Origin: an uncultured Acidobacteriota bacterium
GTDB taxonomy: Bacteria; Acidobacteriota; Terriglobia; UBA7540
Direction of reading: 5' to 3'
Assembly: GCA_963804995.1 (NCBI GenBank)
Contig: CAWDSK010000009.1
Coordinates: 96,001 to 160,000 of the forward strand
DNA length: 64,000 nt
Of this stretch, positions 30,631 through 40,912 are shown in pieces. A program made the translations under genes and the position numbers. How positions within the stretch are numbered: position 1 is the first letter of the stretch; the number at the start of each line of letters is the position of its first letter. Under the pieces are notes generated by a model. It saw only the letters and a list, made by a program, of their open reading frames with translations. It did not search any database and was not told the DNA's origin.

Positions 30631-31836
30631 TTAACAATGCTTGCGAATCTCCACCACTTCGTTGAGCACGCGGTTCGCGACCTCGAGCTTGCTCATTTTC
30701 TCCAGCGCTTTCTTCCGGCCATCGGGAAAGAGCAAGGTGACGATGTTGGTGTCGACGTTGAAGCCGGCGCCGTCCTGGCTGACGTTGTTGGCCACGATCA
30801 GGTCCAGGCGCTTGGCGCGCAGCTTGGCGGCGGCGTTCGCGAGCAGGCGATCCGTTTCGGCGGCGAAACCGACAATGATCTGGTCCTGGCGACGGCGGCG
30901 CCCGATTTCCGCGAGTATATCGACCGTAGCTTCGAGCTTCACTTCTGGAGCGCCCTGCTGTTTCTTGATTTTCCCTCTGTGCTTCTGCGTTGGGCGGAAG
31001 TCAGCGACGGCGGCGGCCATCAGGACGACCGTTGCTTCTTCCAGGTGGCCAAGCGTGGCGGCGGCCATTTCCTCAGCCGTCCGAACCCCTTCAAGTGTCG
31101 CGCCGGCGGGCGGTTCCAAGTGCGCCGGGCCGCTGACCAGCAGCACGCGCGCCCCACGTCTGTGGCTCGCTTCCGCCAGGGCATACCCCATTTTTCCAGA
31201 GGAGCGGTTGCTCAGGTAGCGAACATCGTCCAGCGGTTCTTCCGTAGGGCCCGCCGTTACCAGAACCGTCTCACCTTTCAAGTCTTCGCGCAGGCCCAGG
31301 GTATCGAAGACCACCCGCGCGATGCACTCCGGAGAAGCCAGGCGCCCGGCCCCGGTCATACCGCAAGCGAGGTAACCCTCATCGGGATTGACCACGCGCA
31401 CGCCGCGGCCGCGCAGGGTTTCCAGATTTTGCTGGGTGGCAACGTGTTCCCACATGTTGACGTTCATGGCGGGAGCGACAATCAGCGGAGCCTTTGTGGC
31501 CAGGCAAAGGGTGGTAAGGAAATCGTCGGCGATGCCGTGCGCCATCTTGGCCAGCACATTGGCGGTGGCGGGAGCGATCACGAAGGCGTCAATCGACTGC
31601 GCCACCGCGATGTGCTCAATGGCGCTCTCGACGTTCGATGCGCCTTGTGCCTCGCCGAAAAGGTCGGTGATTACCTTGTGTCCGGTAAGCGCCGCGAAGG
31701 TGAGAGGGGTGATGAATTCGCGCGCATTCCGGGTCATCACCACCTGAACGTCCACGCCCTTTTCCTGGAGCAGGCGCACCAGTTCGGCGGCTTTGTATGC
31801 GGCAATTCCTCCCGCGACTCCGAGGGCGACTCTCAT
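30631..31836 (-). CDS. coaBC: phosphopantothenoylcysteine decarboxylase/ligase
   Basis: GGIAAYK, PAMNVNM, TAGPT, NRSSGKMG, GFAAET. Confidence 0.96.
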   Translation of the reverse strand: MRVALGVAGGIAAYKAAELVRLLQEKGVDVQVVMTRNAREFITPLTFAALTGHKVITDLFGEAQGASNVESAIEHIAVAQSIDAFVIAPATANVLAKMAHGIADDFLTTLCLATKAPLIVAPAMNVNMWEHVATQQNLETLRGRGVRVVNPDEGYLACGMTGAGRLASPECIARVVFDTLGLREDLKGETVLVTAGPTEEPLDDVRYLSNRSSGKMGYALAEASHRRGARVLLVSGPAHLEPPAGATLEGVRTAEEMAAATLGHLEEATVVLMAAAVADFRPTQKHRGKIKKQQGAPEVKLEATVDILAEIGRRRRQDQIIVGFAAETDRLLANAAAKLRAKRLDLIVANNVSQDGAGFNVDTNIVTLLFPDGRKKALEKMSKLEVANRVLNEVVEIRKHC

Positions 31837-31984
31837 GATGAATCCAGTAGCTAGAAGTAAGGAGCTAGAAGCTAGAAGTTAGAAGCTAGAATCCAGAAGG
31901 GAGTACCCAGTGACCGCGACCTGGGCCAAAACTTCTGCCTTCTAACTCCTAGCTTCTAACTCCTCGCTTCTCGCTCCTTGCTCC

Positions 31985-32206
31985 TTACTTCGAGGCCTTC
32001 TTCCTATTGTTCTTATCGTTGAGGGCAGCCTGCGAGATGATTTCAATCGGCACCAGCCCCGCCCCCACTTCCTGTTGGGCCACCCGCGTCGACTTCTTCG
32101 TGGGGGTTTGAAGCAAAGGCTTGGCGCCCGCCTGCAATTGTCGTGCGCGTTTGGCCGCAACCAAAATGAAACGGAATTTGCTATCCAGGCTCTGAGGTAT
32201 TTCCAT
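31985..32206 (-). CDS. rpoZ: RNA polymerase omega subunit
   Basis: SKFRFILVAAKRARQL; gmk-rpoZ-coaBC synteny. Confidence 0.93.
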   Translation of the reverse strand: MEIPQSLDSKFRFILVAAKRARQLQAGAKPLLQTPTKKSTRVAQQEVGAGLVPIEIISQAALNDKNNRKKASK

Positions 32207-32212
32207 TCGTTG

Positions 32213-32860
32213 TTATCCTCCAAAACTTCCGAGAATTTTCCGGGCTCGTGCCGCCTGATTGAGGCGGCGGAATCGCGCCGCGCGAACGATCGCCCGCAAC
32301 GCTTGGGCGGCGTTGTCCAAGCGGTCGTTCACCACCAGGTAGTCGTATTCCCGCCAGTGGGCAATTTCTTTGTGCGCCGTGTGCAGCCGGCGCTCGATCT
32401 CTTGCGGCGCGTCGGAGTGGCGATCCCGCAGGCGCCGCTCCAGCTCCGGGAAGGAGGGCGGCAGGATGAAAACGCTGATTGCCTCCGGAAGCCGCTTGCG
32501 GACCTGGGCATGACCCTGCACATCGATGTCAAGCAGGATGTCGCGCCCTGACTCCTGCGCCATCCGCAATTGCTTACGGGCTGTGCCGTAGAGATGGCCG
32601 TAAACCTCGGCCCACTCCACAAACTCGCGGCGGGCAATCATGCCTTTGAAAACCCTCCGGGACACGAAGCAGTAGTCCCGGCCTTGCTTTTCACCCGCGC
32701 GCGGTCGGCGTGTCGTGTAGGAAACCGAAAAACGCAGGCCAGGTACAGCCGCCAGCAGTCGCTTGATCAGGGTCGATTTCCCTGAGCCCGACGGCGCCGA
32801 TATCACCAGGATGCTGCCCCGCACCACCGAATTTCTTGTCTTGTCTGTCGCCTTCGCCAT
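32213..32860 (-). CDS. gmk: guanylate kinase
   Basis: SAPSGSGKST, SYTTR, YGT, DIDVQG. Confidence 0.96.
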   Translation of the reverse strand: MAKATDKTRNSVVRGSILVISAPSGSGKSTLIKRLLAAVPGLRFSVSYTTRRPRAGEKQGRDYCFVSRRVFKGMIARREFVEWAEVYGHLYGTARKQLRMAQESGRDILLDIDVQGHAQVRKRLPEAISVFILPPSFPELERRLRDRHSDAPQEIERRLHTAHKEIAHWREYDYLVVNDRLDNAAQALRAIVRAARFRRLNQAARARKILGSFGG

Positions 32861-33031
32861 GGTGACAAGCGGATTGCCGATTTTCGATTGTCGATTGTCG
32901 ATTGCCGATTGCCGATAGGAGGTCATCAGGGTTCGGTTATCAGTGGTCAGTTGGGGCCTTCATTGAGAACTGATAACTTAATACTGAGAACTTCCACTGT
33001 TTTCAATCGACAATCGACAATCACCGTTCCT

Positions 33032-33928
33032 TCACTCGATGTTCTGCGCTTGCTCGCGCAGTTTTTCGATTTCCGTCTTCATCTCGATGGCCTGCCGCGT
33101 GATCTCCAGGCCAACCTCGGGAACGTCCGTGGTCTTGGAAAGCAGCGTGTTGGCCTCGCGATTCATTTCCTGGAGCAGGAAATCGAGTTTCTTGCCGACT
33201 TCCGTACTTTCACTCAAGAGGTGGCGCAGTTGGTCCAGATGACTTTGGAAGCGCGTAAGTTCCTCGGCAATATCGGAACGCGAAGCCAGGAACGCCACTT
33301 CCTGCGCCAGGCGCGCACCGTCAATTTCCACGTTGCTCGCGAGCTCGCGCACCCGGCCTTCCAGCCGCTGCCGATAGTATTGCGGCACCTTTTCCGCGAG
33401 CTTGGAAACGCTGGCGCGCAACGACTCCAGCCGCGCCAGCCGGGCTTGCACGTCGCGTTCCAGCGACTCGCCTTCCCGGTCGCGCATGCCGTTCAGTTTT
33501 TCGATTCCTTCCGCCAGGAGGCGCTCCAGGGCTTGCCGGATGCGCTCAAAGTCCTCGGGTGCGAGTTCGCTGGTGCCGGTGACAACCAAACCGGGGATGC
33601 GCAAAAGTTCCATCACGTCCGGCTCCGCGGCCCGGCCGAATTCCTTCCGCAGCGCCTGGTAAGTGGCAACGTAGCCAGCCAGAAGTTTGCGATCGAGCTG
33701 AATTTCCGTCGACCCTGCCCGCGCCAGGCTGACGGAAACCTCCACGTGCCCGCGTGCGACACCCTCTTTGAGCACCCGGCGGATCAGCGCTTCAAAGGCA
33801 TCGAGGCCCGAGGGCAAACGCACCTGGAGGTCGAGAAAGCGGTGGTTGGTGGCGCGCATGGCCACTGCAAGCGAGAACCCCGCTTCCTCAGCTTCCACCC
33901 GGCTGTAACCTGTCATGCTGCGAATCAT
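33032..33928 (-). CDS. yicC: YicC/YloC-family endoribonuclease
   Basis: MIRSMTGY, GKKLDFLLQEMNREANT, REQAQNIE. Confidence 0.95.
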   Translation of the reverse strand: MIRSMTGYSRVEAEEAGFSLAVAMRATNHRFLDLQVRLPSGLDAFEALIRRVLKEGVARGHVEVSVSLARAGSTEIQLDRKLLAGYVATYQALRKEFGRAAEPDVMELLRIPGLVVTGTSELAPEDFERIRQALERLLAEGIEKLNGMRDREGESLERDVQARLARLESLRASVSKLAEKVPQYYRQRLEGRVRELASNVEIDGARLAQEVAFLASRSDIAEELTRFQSHLDQLRHLLSESTEVGKKLDFLLQEMNREANTLLSKTTDVPEVGLEITRQAIEMKTEIEKLREQAQNIE

Positions 33929-33931
33929 AGA

Positions 33932-34134
33932 AAGCTCTCAGCTTTCAGCCATCAGCTATCAGCGCTCGGCGATCAGCCATCAGCTCTCAGCTATCAGCGC
34001 TCAGCTAAACCCTGCTTGAAGCAGAATTCGTGCCAGCTTCCCCGCATTCCTTGCAACCGCCGCAGGCCTCTCGCACGGTAGCCAAGAGCTGAAAGCTGAT
34101 AGCTGAGAGCTGATAGCTGATCGCTGATAGCTGC
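33932..34134. repeat. inverted pair of heptamer tandem arrays (TCAGCNN / NNGCTGA)
   Basis: array 33932-34006 mirrored by 34085-34134. Confidence 0.85.
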
Positions 34135-34140
34135 TCTTCC

Positions 34141-35952
34141 TCACGGCTCAACATCCACGAACTGTAAATCGTGCAGGCGCTGATAAATGCCCCCGCGGCT
34201 GACCAAATCCTCGTGCGCCCCGACTTCGCAGATAGCGCCGCGGTCGATCACCACGATGCGATCGGCGCGGCGCACGGTGGAGAGGCGATGTGCAATGACC
34301 ACCACGGTGCGGCCCGCCATCAGGTTAGCCAGGGCGCGTTGGACGAGGAGTTCCGATTCCGTATCGAGTTCCGATGTCGCTTCATCCAGGATGAGAAGGG
34401 GCGGATTCTTAAGCAACGCCCTGGCAATGGCGATGCGCTGGCGCTGCCCGCCGGAAAGACGCTGCCCGCGCTCGCCGATGATCGTCTGGTACCCGAGCGG
34501 CATTTCCAGGATAAACTCTTCCGCCAGAGCCACGCGCGCCGCCTCCTGCACCTGCTGCTCCGTCGGCCAGCGGCTGCCATAGCAGATGTTGTTGTAGACG
34601 GTGTCGTTAAAGAGAATCGTCTCCTGGGTGACGATGCCGATCTGGGCGCGCAGGGAATTAAGCTGCACGTCGCGAAGGTCGTACCCATCGATCGTAATGC
34701 GGCCGCCCGTGACATCAAAGAAGCGCGGAATCAGGTTGGCCATCGTGGTCTTTCCGGCCCCACTTGACCCCACCAGCGCTACCACCTCGCCTTTGCCGAT
34801 ATGCAGGTTGATGTCGCGCAGCAAGGGGACTCCGTCCTCGTAGTCGAACTCCACTTGTTCGAAGACAATCTCGTGATGGAAGGGAGGCAGACTGATGGCC
34901 GCGGGTTTATCCACCATTTCCGGTTTGGCGTCCAGGTAATGAAACACTTGCTCGGAGGCGCCGAGCGCCTGCTGATAGGAGTTGCTGACGCCCGTCAGCC
35001 GTTTCACCGGCTCGTAGGATTTCAGCAGCGCGAAAAGGAAGCCGATGAAGCCCCCGGTGGTTTGCATGTGGTGGAGGATCAACCGGCGTTCGTAATACAG
35101 CAGGCCGGCGATGGTCATGGCCCCCAGAACTTCCATGAGCGGCGAGGATACCGCCTGGGCTCGCACCCACCGGAGGCTTACCCCCAGCAGGCGGCGCGTG
35201 GCAGCCTTGAATTTCGCCACTTCAAACGATTCCATGGCGAAGGCCTTCACGATGCGGATGCCCGAAAAGGTCTCCTGCAGGACATTGTTCAGCTCCCCCA
35301 TCTTATCCTGGCTGCTACGGCTGGAGGCGCGAATGTAACGTCCGAGCTTCGCCGAGGGGAAAACCACCAGCGGAATCAAGAACATGGAGATGAGCGCCAG
35401 CCTCCAATCATAATAAAAGAGCGCCCCCAACAGAAATACCAAGGTGAACGATTGCTTCAGCATATCCGCCGCGGTTTGCGAAACGGCAAACTGAATACGT
35501 TCGATGTCACTGGTGATGGCTGACATCAAGCGGCCCGTCGGGTTTCTGTGAAAGAAGGAAATGGATTGCTCAATGAGCTTGGAATACAAAAGATTGCGCA
35601 GGTCACGCACTACCGAGTGGCCGATATAATTGATGGAGTAAGTCGCCAGGAATTCCGAAATCCCTTTGGCCAGCGCTACGCCGATGATGGTGATCGCCAC
35701 CACGGTCCAAACATTGTGGATGAAGTGGGGAAGAATGTCCTCAAGGTATACCGTGCGATGTAGGTAGGATATTTGAAACAGGATAATCCCTGAAGTGGAA
35801 GCGTTGGGCGCGAGGACGACATCGATGATCGGCTTGATGAGCAGCGCGGTGACCCCCTCGGAGGCCCCCACGACGACCATCAAGCAGACCGCCAGGAACA
35901 AGCGGAAGCTGTAGGGCCGTATAAAACCGAGCAGGCGTTGAACTTGACTCAT
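34141..35952 (-). CDS. MsbA-like ABC exporter (TMD+NBD)
   Basis: GSSGAGKT, LSGGQRQR, ILDEATS, IAHRLST. Confidence 0.92.
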   Translation of the reverse strand: MSQVQRLLGFIRPYSFRLFLAVCLMVVVGASEGVTALLIKPIIDVVLAPNASTSGIILFQISYLHRTVYLEDILPHFIHNVWTVVAITIIGVALAKGISEFLATYSINYIGHSVVRDLRNLLYSKLIEQSISFFHRNPTGRLMSAITSDIERIQFAVSQTAADMLKQSFTLVFLLGALFYYDWRLALISMFLIPLVVFPSAKLGRYIRASSRSSQDKMGELNNVLQETFSGIRIVKAFAMESFEVAKFKAATRRLLGVSLRWVRAQAVSSPLMEVLGAMTIAGLLYYERRLILHHMQTTGGFIGFLFALLKSYEPVKRLTGVSNSYQQALGASEQVFHYLDAKPEMVDKPAAISLPPFHHEIVFEQVEFDYEDGVPLLRDINLHIGKGEVVALVGSSGAGKTTMANLIPRFFDVTGGRITIDGYDLRDVQLNSLRAQIGIVTQETILFNDTVYNNICYGSRWPTEQQVQEAARVALAEEFILEMPLGYQTIIGERGQRLSGGQRQRIAIARALLKNPPLLILDEATSELDTESELLVQRALANLMAGRTVVVIAHRLSTVRRADRIVVIDRGAICEVGAHEDLVSRGGIYQRLHDLQFVDVEP

Positions 35953-36568
35953 CCCGTCAACCGCCCCCAGGCGGAACTAACTCTAATCCACTCAAAATAG
36001 GTATGTTAGCCATCGAAGAGGGCTTCGTCAAGAAAATAGCGACATGGTTGGCGACCGGCTTGCTCGGCAACCGAAATAAGCCATTTGTTTCTAGATGGTT
36101 GGGAGAGATAAATGAAATAGATGGGCCAGGTACTAAGTAGTAATAAAGCCCTCCACAAGCGCCGTGCCTCTCAAATCGTGGTAGGTCGAATTGTCAGGGT
36201 CGATGTTGGGGGAGGGGTTGTAGCATCCCGACCTGTCGGGACACGTGCCGACCCGAAGGTCGGCGCTACAAGTACCAATGTCTGTGACGAACTGCCCTAG
36301 CCCGCAATTCTCACCACGGGCAAGCGAACCGAAGTTTGGAGTGCGGCGACTCGTCGCCGCTTTCCAACGCCGCGACTCGTCGCGGCGAATCACTAAGCGC
36401 TGACGAGTCAGCGCTAGAAAAAGCGGGAGCAAGCTCCCGCACTCCGAAATTTGACTCCGCGCGCCCGGACAAGCTGTTCGATCGTGGCGGGCGCGGAAAC
36501 CATCAGAAAGGGCCTTTAACGACGGGGGTTAAACCCCACCCTTCCAAAGCCGTGATGGGAAATGCGGG

Positions 36569-37516
36569 CTAAGCAACTTCTAATCCCAGTGCTGCCGCCC
36601 CGTACAGGGGGGAGTAATTCCCCAAAGTCGCGGTAACAATTTCGGTGGAATAAGTAATTGTGGGCGAAGCCAGCTCCTCTAGAGACACGCGCAGGTTCTC
36701 CAGCAGCAGCGCTCCGGACTGTGCCACTCCACCCCCCAGAACGATGAGGTCGGGATTGAGGATGCGGATGACCATGAGCAAGCCGCGCGCCAACCAACGC
36801 GTGGCATCGCGGACAATATGTATGGCGGTGGCATCGCCTTCCGCCGCCGCACGCATTACGACCTCGGCGGTTATGCCGTGGTCGGCGCTGAGCTCCATCA
36901 TACGGGTCACATGTTCCGGGCGGCGCTCCGCCCACTCGCGGCCCAGGGACTCGATGGCCCCTCCGGAGCAGAACGTCTCAAGGCAACCCCGGGCGCCGCA
37001 GGAGCAAATCCGCCCCGAGTCAGACACGGGAATGTGGCCGAGTTCCCCCGCCATGTTATCTTTGCCTCGCAGGAGTTTGCCCTCGTACACCACGCCACTG
37101 CCGATGCCCGTGCTGATCGTGACGTAGACCATCAGCTTCGTACCCCGACCGGCGCCGAAGTAATATTCCCCCAGCGCTCCGGCATTGGCGTCATTGTCGA
37201 GCCGGCAAGGGATTCCCAGGGTTTGTTCGACCCATTTTCCCAACTCGAAGCCCTGCCATCCCGTCGCGTGGACGGAGGTGACCGTCTGGCGCGCGTAATC
37301 CACCGGGCCGCCAAAGCTGAGGCCACAAGCCTTCACGGGCGCATCGGTGTTGGCCATGAGATCTCGGCAACGGGCCGCAAGCTGAGTAAGCATCCACTCG
37401 CGGCCGGCGTTGCGGTCAGTGTCACCTTCAAGTACCAGCAGGCGCCGCCCTTGCTCATCAAACAGGCCGACGCGAAAGTGAGTACCGCCGATGTCTACTG
37501 CCAGCACATTGTTCAA
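36569..37516 (-). CDS. ROK-family sugar kinase
   Basis: VDIGGT, NDANAGALGE, GELGH, CSCGARGCLE; TTG start after GGAGG. Confidence 0.92.
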   Translation of the reverse strand: MNNVLAVDIGGTHFRVGLFDEQGRRLLVLEGDTDRNAGREWMLTQLAARCRDLMANTDAPVKACGLSFGGPVDYARQTVTSVHATGWQGFELGKWVEQTLGIPCRLDNDANAGALGEYYFGAGRGTKLMVYVTISTGIGSGVVYEGKLLRGKDNMAGELGHIPVSDSGRICSCGARGCLETFCSGGAIESLGREWAERRPEHVTRMMELSADHGITAEVVMRAAAEGDATAIHIVRDATRWLARGLLMVIRILNPDLIVLGGGVAQSGALLLENLRVSLEELASPTITYSTEIVTATLGNYSPLYGAAALGLEVA

Positions 37517-37530
37517 GCGAGCCTCCAAGT

Positions 37531-37755
37531 TCGGGATACGGGATACGGGAAACGGGGTACGGGACACGGGAAACGGGGTACGGGACACGGGATACGAGCA
37601 TTAGGGAAAGGCAACGCTGTCCCGGCACCCTACACTCTACTGCCCCACTCCGCTTCCAAGCTCACAAGACCCGAATCTCTAACCCCGTTTCCCGTATCCC
37701 GTACCCCGTATCCCGTGTCCCGTGTCCCGTATCCCGTATCCCGAGTCCCGAGTCC
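37531..37755. repeat. inverted pair of heptamer arrays (CGGGANA / TNTCCCG)
   Basis: 37531-37596 mirrored by 37683-37755. Confidence 0.85.
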
Positions 37756-37759
37756 TTAG

Positions 37760-38653
37760 TCACTCCCTCCCAATATCCCGGTGCAAGACCTTGCTTTTGT
37801 ATCCTTCGCGCGCGAGCGCGCTGGCCACCTCTCCCGCCAGGAAGACAGAGCGGTGCCGCCCCCCCGTGCAGCCGATGGCGATGGTCAGGTAGCTCTTTCC
37901 CTCCCGCACGTACTGCGGTAAGAGATAAAGTAGCAGACTCATCAGCCGGCTCATGAATTCGCGGGTTTGCGGATAGCTTTCCATGAAGCGGCGCACGCCC
38001 ACATCGCGCCCCGTCTTACTCTTCAAGCGCGGAACGTAGTTGGGATTAGGCAGGAAGCGTACGTCGAACACCAGGTCGGCATCCTGCGGCACCCCGAAGC
38101 GATAACCGAACGAGACCGCCGAGACCAGCATGGATTGGCGCGCCGCGATGCCGCCAAAGCGCGTCTGAATCAGGTCCCGCAATTCGTGGACGTTCAAGCG
38201 CGTGGTGTCAATGACCACGCTCGCGAGCTGGCGCATGGGCTTCAGCAGCACACGCTCCAGGCGAATGCCCTCGCGCACGGGCAGGTCGCGGCCCAGCGGG
38301 TGGGGGCGGCGCGTCTCTTCGAAGCGGCGAATCAGCGCCTTGTCCGATGCTTCCAGAAAGACCAGCGACGGCCGCACCAGCTTGCGGCGCGTCAGGTCGT
38401 GGTAGAGCGTGGGGAGCTGCGAAAGCGCTTCGCCGCCGCGGATGTCCACCACCGCCGCGGCGCGGTCCATGCGACTGCCGGGCTGCTGGCACATCTCGGC
38501 GAACTTGGGGATCAGATCCATCGGGAGATTGTCGACACAGTGGTATCCCAGGTCCTCAAAAGTCTTGAGGACGGAGCCCTTTCCGGAGCCGCTCATTCCC
38601 GTGATGAGCACGAACTGCTTGGGAAGCGCTTTGGCGGAGGATTTCTTCTTCAT
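37760..38653 (-). CDS. rapZ: RNase adapter RapZ
   Basis: GMSGSGK, CVDNLP, ETRRPHPL, DVRFLPNP, GCTGGRHRSV. Confidence 0.95.
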   Translation of the reverse strand: MKKKSSAKALPKQFVLITGMSGSGKGSVLKTFEDLGYHCVDNLPMDLIPKFAEMCQQPGSRMDRAAAVVDIRGGEALSQLPTLYHDLTRRKLVRPSLVFLEASDKALIRRFEETRRPHPLGRDLPVREGIRLERVLLKPMRQLASVVIDTTRLNVHELRDLIQTRFGGIAARQSMLVSAVSFGYRFGVPQDADLVFDVRFLPNPNYVPRLKSKTGRDVGVRRFMESYPQTREFMSRLMSLLLYLLPQYVREGKSYLTIAIGCTGGRHRSVFLAGEVASALAREGYKSKVLHRDIGRE

Positions 38654-39118
38654 GTGGAAGCCGGTGGTCCGTTATCAGTCGACAGGGGGATTATGAATTA
38701 GGACGCGGGAATAATGAAGAGGATTTGTGGGGGCGCCTGCGACGGGGCCGGCTGGCGCCCTGCATTGCAATACCGTAAATTCTTGTTTTTTTAGCAAACA
38801 TTTTGGGGCGAGTGCTGAAAGTCGCGACTTCGAGACCCCTCATCCGCTTCGTACCTCAGCACCTTCTCCCCTGGGAGAAGGTTGGAAATCAAACCGCCCT
38901 CTCCGAGGGGAGAGGGTGGACCGCCGCCGGCGTTTTCACCAGCCGGGGCGGGACGGGTGAGGGGTTGCTTCGCCATCCGATTAGCGGACGCGCAAGCACC
39001 TACGGGACCGGCTGCACACTTTCTGGAATGGTTGCGGCTCTGCCGCGCTGCGCTACCGGCTGGTTTCTTCCACTGAGTGCAGAGGCAAGGCGGGGTTGAC
39101 GAAGTCACCCGCCGATCA

Positions 39119-39573
39119 TTACGGCCCTTCGCTCGCGCCCAGGGCTTCGAGGTCAGCCTGGTCTTTTTTCCTCCCGGTCTTCTGTTTGTTGAGGATCATC
39201 TCTTCACGCCCGATAAAGTTCACTCGAGTTCTCCCACCCAGGCCTCGATTCGGCCCGCCCACGCCTCGTCAAAGGTCACCCCGGTCAGGGAGGTGAGCAG
39301 GTCAATCCGGCTGGGCACAACTCCGAGCTGGATCACACGATAGGAATCCACAAAATCGGCGGCTTTTAAACCGAGTCCGGCGAATCCAAATTCCGCCAAA
39401 GCCGATTCCAACCGCTGGGCGTTATCAGGGGAGTTGCGAACCAGGACGTCAAGGTCGCCGGTGTAACGCGGGAATCCGTGGTGGGCCAGCGCCACCGCGC
39501 CCACCACGACATATTCAACTCCGTGGGAGTTGAGCGATTCGATAAACGCGCGCCAGTCTTCCGGGAGTGGCAT
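39119..39573 (-). CDS. nucleotidyltransferase-fold protein of a TA-like pair; 1-nt frameshift near 39222
   Basis: VVGAVALAHHGFPRYTGDLDVLV; continues VNFIGREEMILNK..GRKKDQADLEAL in another frame. Confidence 0.8.
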
Positions 39574-39709
39574 CGCTCTCCTTGTGCGCTATCGCCCGAA
39601 GCTGGAACAGAATCTCCAACCGTTCCGCCGGCGAAAGCCGTCGGTAATATTCGCGCGTGGCTGCGTCCGCCTCGCGGAACGTTCGGAACTTGGTGAGGAC
39701 CGGCTTCAT
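39515..39709 (-). CDS. small partner of the nucleotidyltransferase
   Basis: FREAD..REYYRRLSPAERLEIL; overlaps the NTase start; TAAAAT 6 nt before ATG. Confidence 0.7.
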   Translation of the reverse strand: MKPVLTKFRTFREADAATREYYRRLSPAERLEILFQLRAIAHKESDATPGRLARVYRIAQLPRS

Positions 39710-39795
39710 CCCTTTATTTTATCCCTTGAGGCCCTGAAAATCCTACGGCAAATCATAAGAGAAGGCTGGCGGTGTAGCGGCGAGTTTACCTTGCC

Positions 39796-40176
39796 ATGGG
39801 GAGCTCGAACTTTGGCGCTACCATCCTGGGCGAGGCCGTCAGCGCAGCCGTAGACAACACGACCAAACAATTGGAAGATTCGGCCGGAAAACTACCTACC
39901 AGAGTGATTACGGTTTCAGGTCTGGTCGCCGATGTTACCGGCAACACCATGATCCTTAATGTGGGCACCAAAGCCGGGGTCAAGGTGGGTGACCACTTGG
40001 GCGTCTTCCGCAAAGGCCGGGACATCACCGACCCAGCCACCGGAAAAGTTCTGAAGACGATTAAGACCAGATTGGGCGACGTGACGATTACCGACGCCGA
40101 TGACGCCTCTTCTACAGGCACGTATACCGGGCAAACGCCTGCCCAGGTGGGCGACGTCGTGGAGACCGTGCAGTAG
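39796..40176 (+). pseudogene. 3' fragment of CsgG/FlgT-C-like protein
   Basis: ILNVGTKAGVKVGD..DPATGKVL..VGDVV; starts abruptly after a GTAG REP. Confidence 0.6.
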
Positions 40177-40912
40177 CGGGTGCTTGCCAGTAGGATGCCG
40201 ACGATCAGGGGGTAGGGCAGGGCTGCGGGGCCGCAAGGGCAAGGCAAAATGCAAAGTGCAAAAGGCAAAAGTGAAAAGTCCTTGCTGAGGGTGGTTTTCC
40301 GCTGGACCGTGGCCGCCCCCACCTCCGACCCCCTCTGTCGCCGCGGCGACCGAGGGGAGAGTTAATTTGAATTCTTAGCCCTCGCCCCTTTGGGGAAGAG
40401 GGTGGCCCGCAGCCGGCGCTTTCATCAGCCGGGGCGGGACGGGTGAGGGGGGCGCCCCTGAAGCAATCGACGAGCAGCCAGCGAAGCACGATCCAACCAC
40501 AACCAAACGGTCAAACCGTTCTTATTATTGTAATGCAACAAATGACACAAAATCCTTGCTAGAAAACCAAAAATATACGGTATTGCAATGCAGAGTCTCG
40601 TGCCCTCCGAGACTCGGATGTCTTAACAGAGTTGGCGTGAGGGGCGGAGGATTGAATGCTCGTCCGGCTCGAAGCAGGGTGAGGAGGTCGGGCTCGGCAT
40701 CGCATGCTGCCTCACCCGGTTTTTGCAGCTCAGCGACTTCTTGTCAATGTGGGACATGTCCCAGATGTTGCTCATAGCGGGGCATAGCGAGCGACGTCCC
40801 ACCAAATTCCCCGAACTCATGCGTTTTGCGCATGACTTTTCATCATCGGGTGGGACGCTTTGAACGCCGATCGCCGGTCGCTTCTTTCAGCCTTCCCAAT
40901 TCAGGATTACCG

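Larger units (their letters stand above)
38760..40593. mobile_element. cargo segment bounded by 38-bp inverted repeats, no transposase
   Basis: CTGCATTGCAATACCGTA... at 38760-38797 matches reverse complement of 40556-40593 at 34/38; no TSD seen. Confidence 0.55.

Noticed and set aside
37517..37588. Repetitive N-terminal extensions on ROK, Gmk, RhaM and LptC/A
   Set aside because: They are translations of upstream heptamer or REP DNA; better starts lie downstream.
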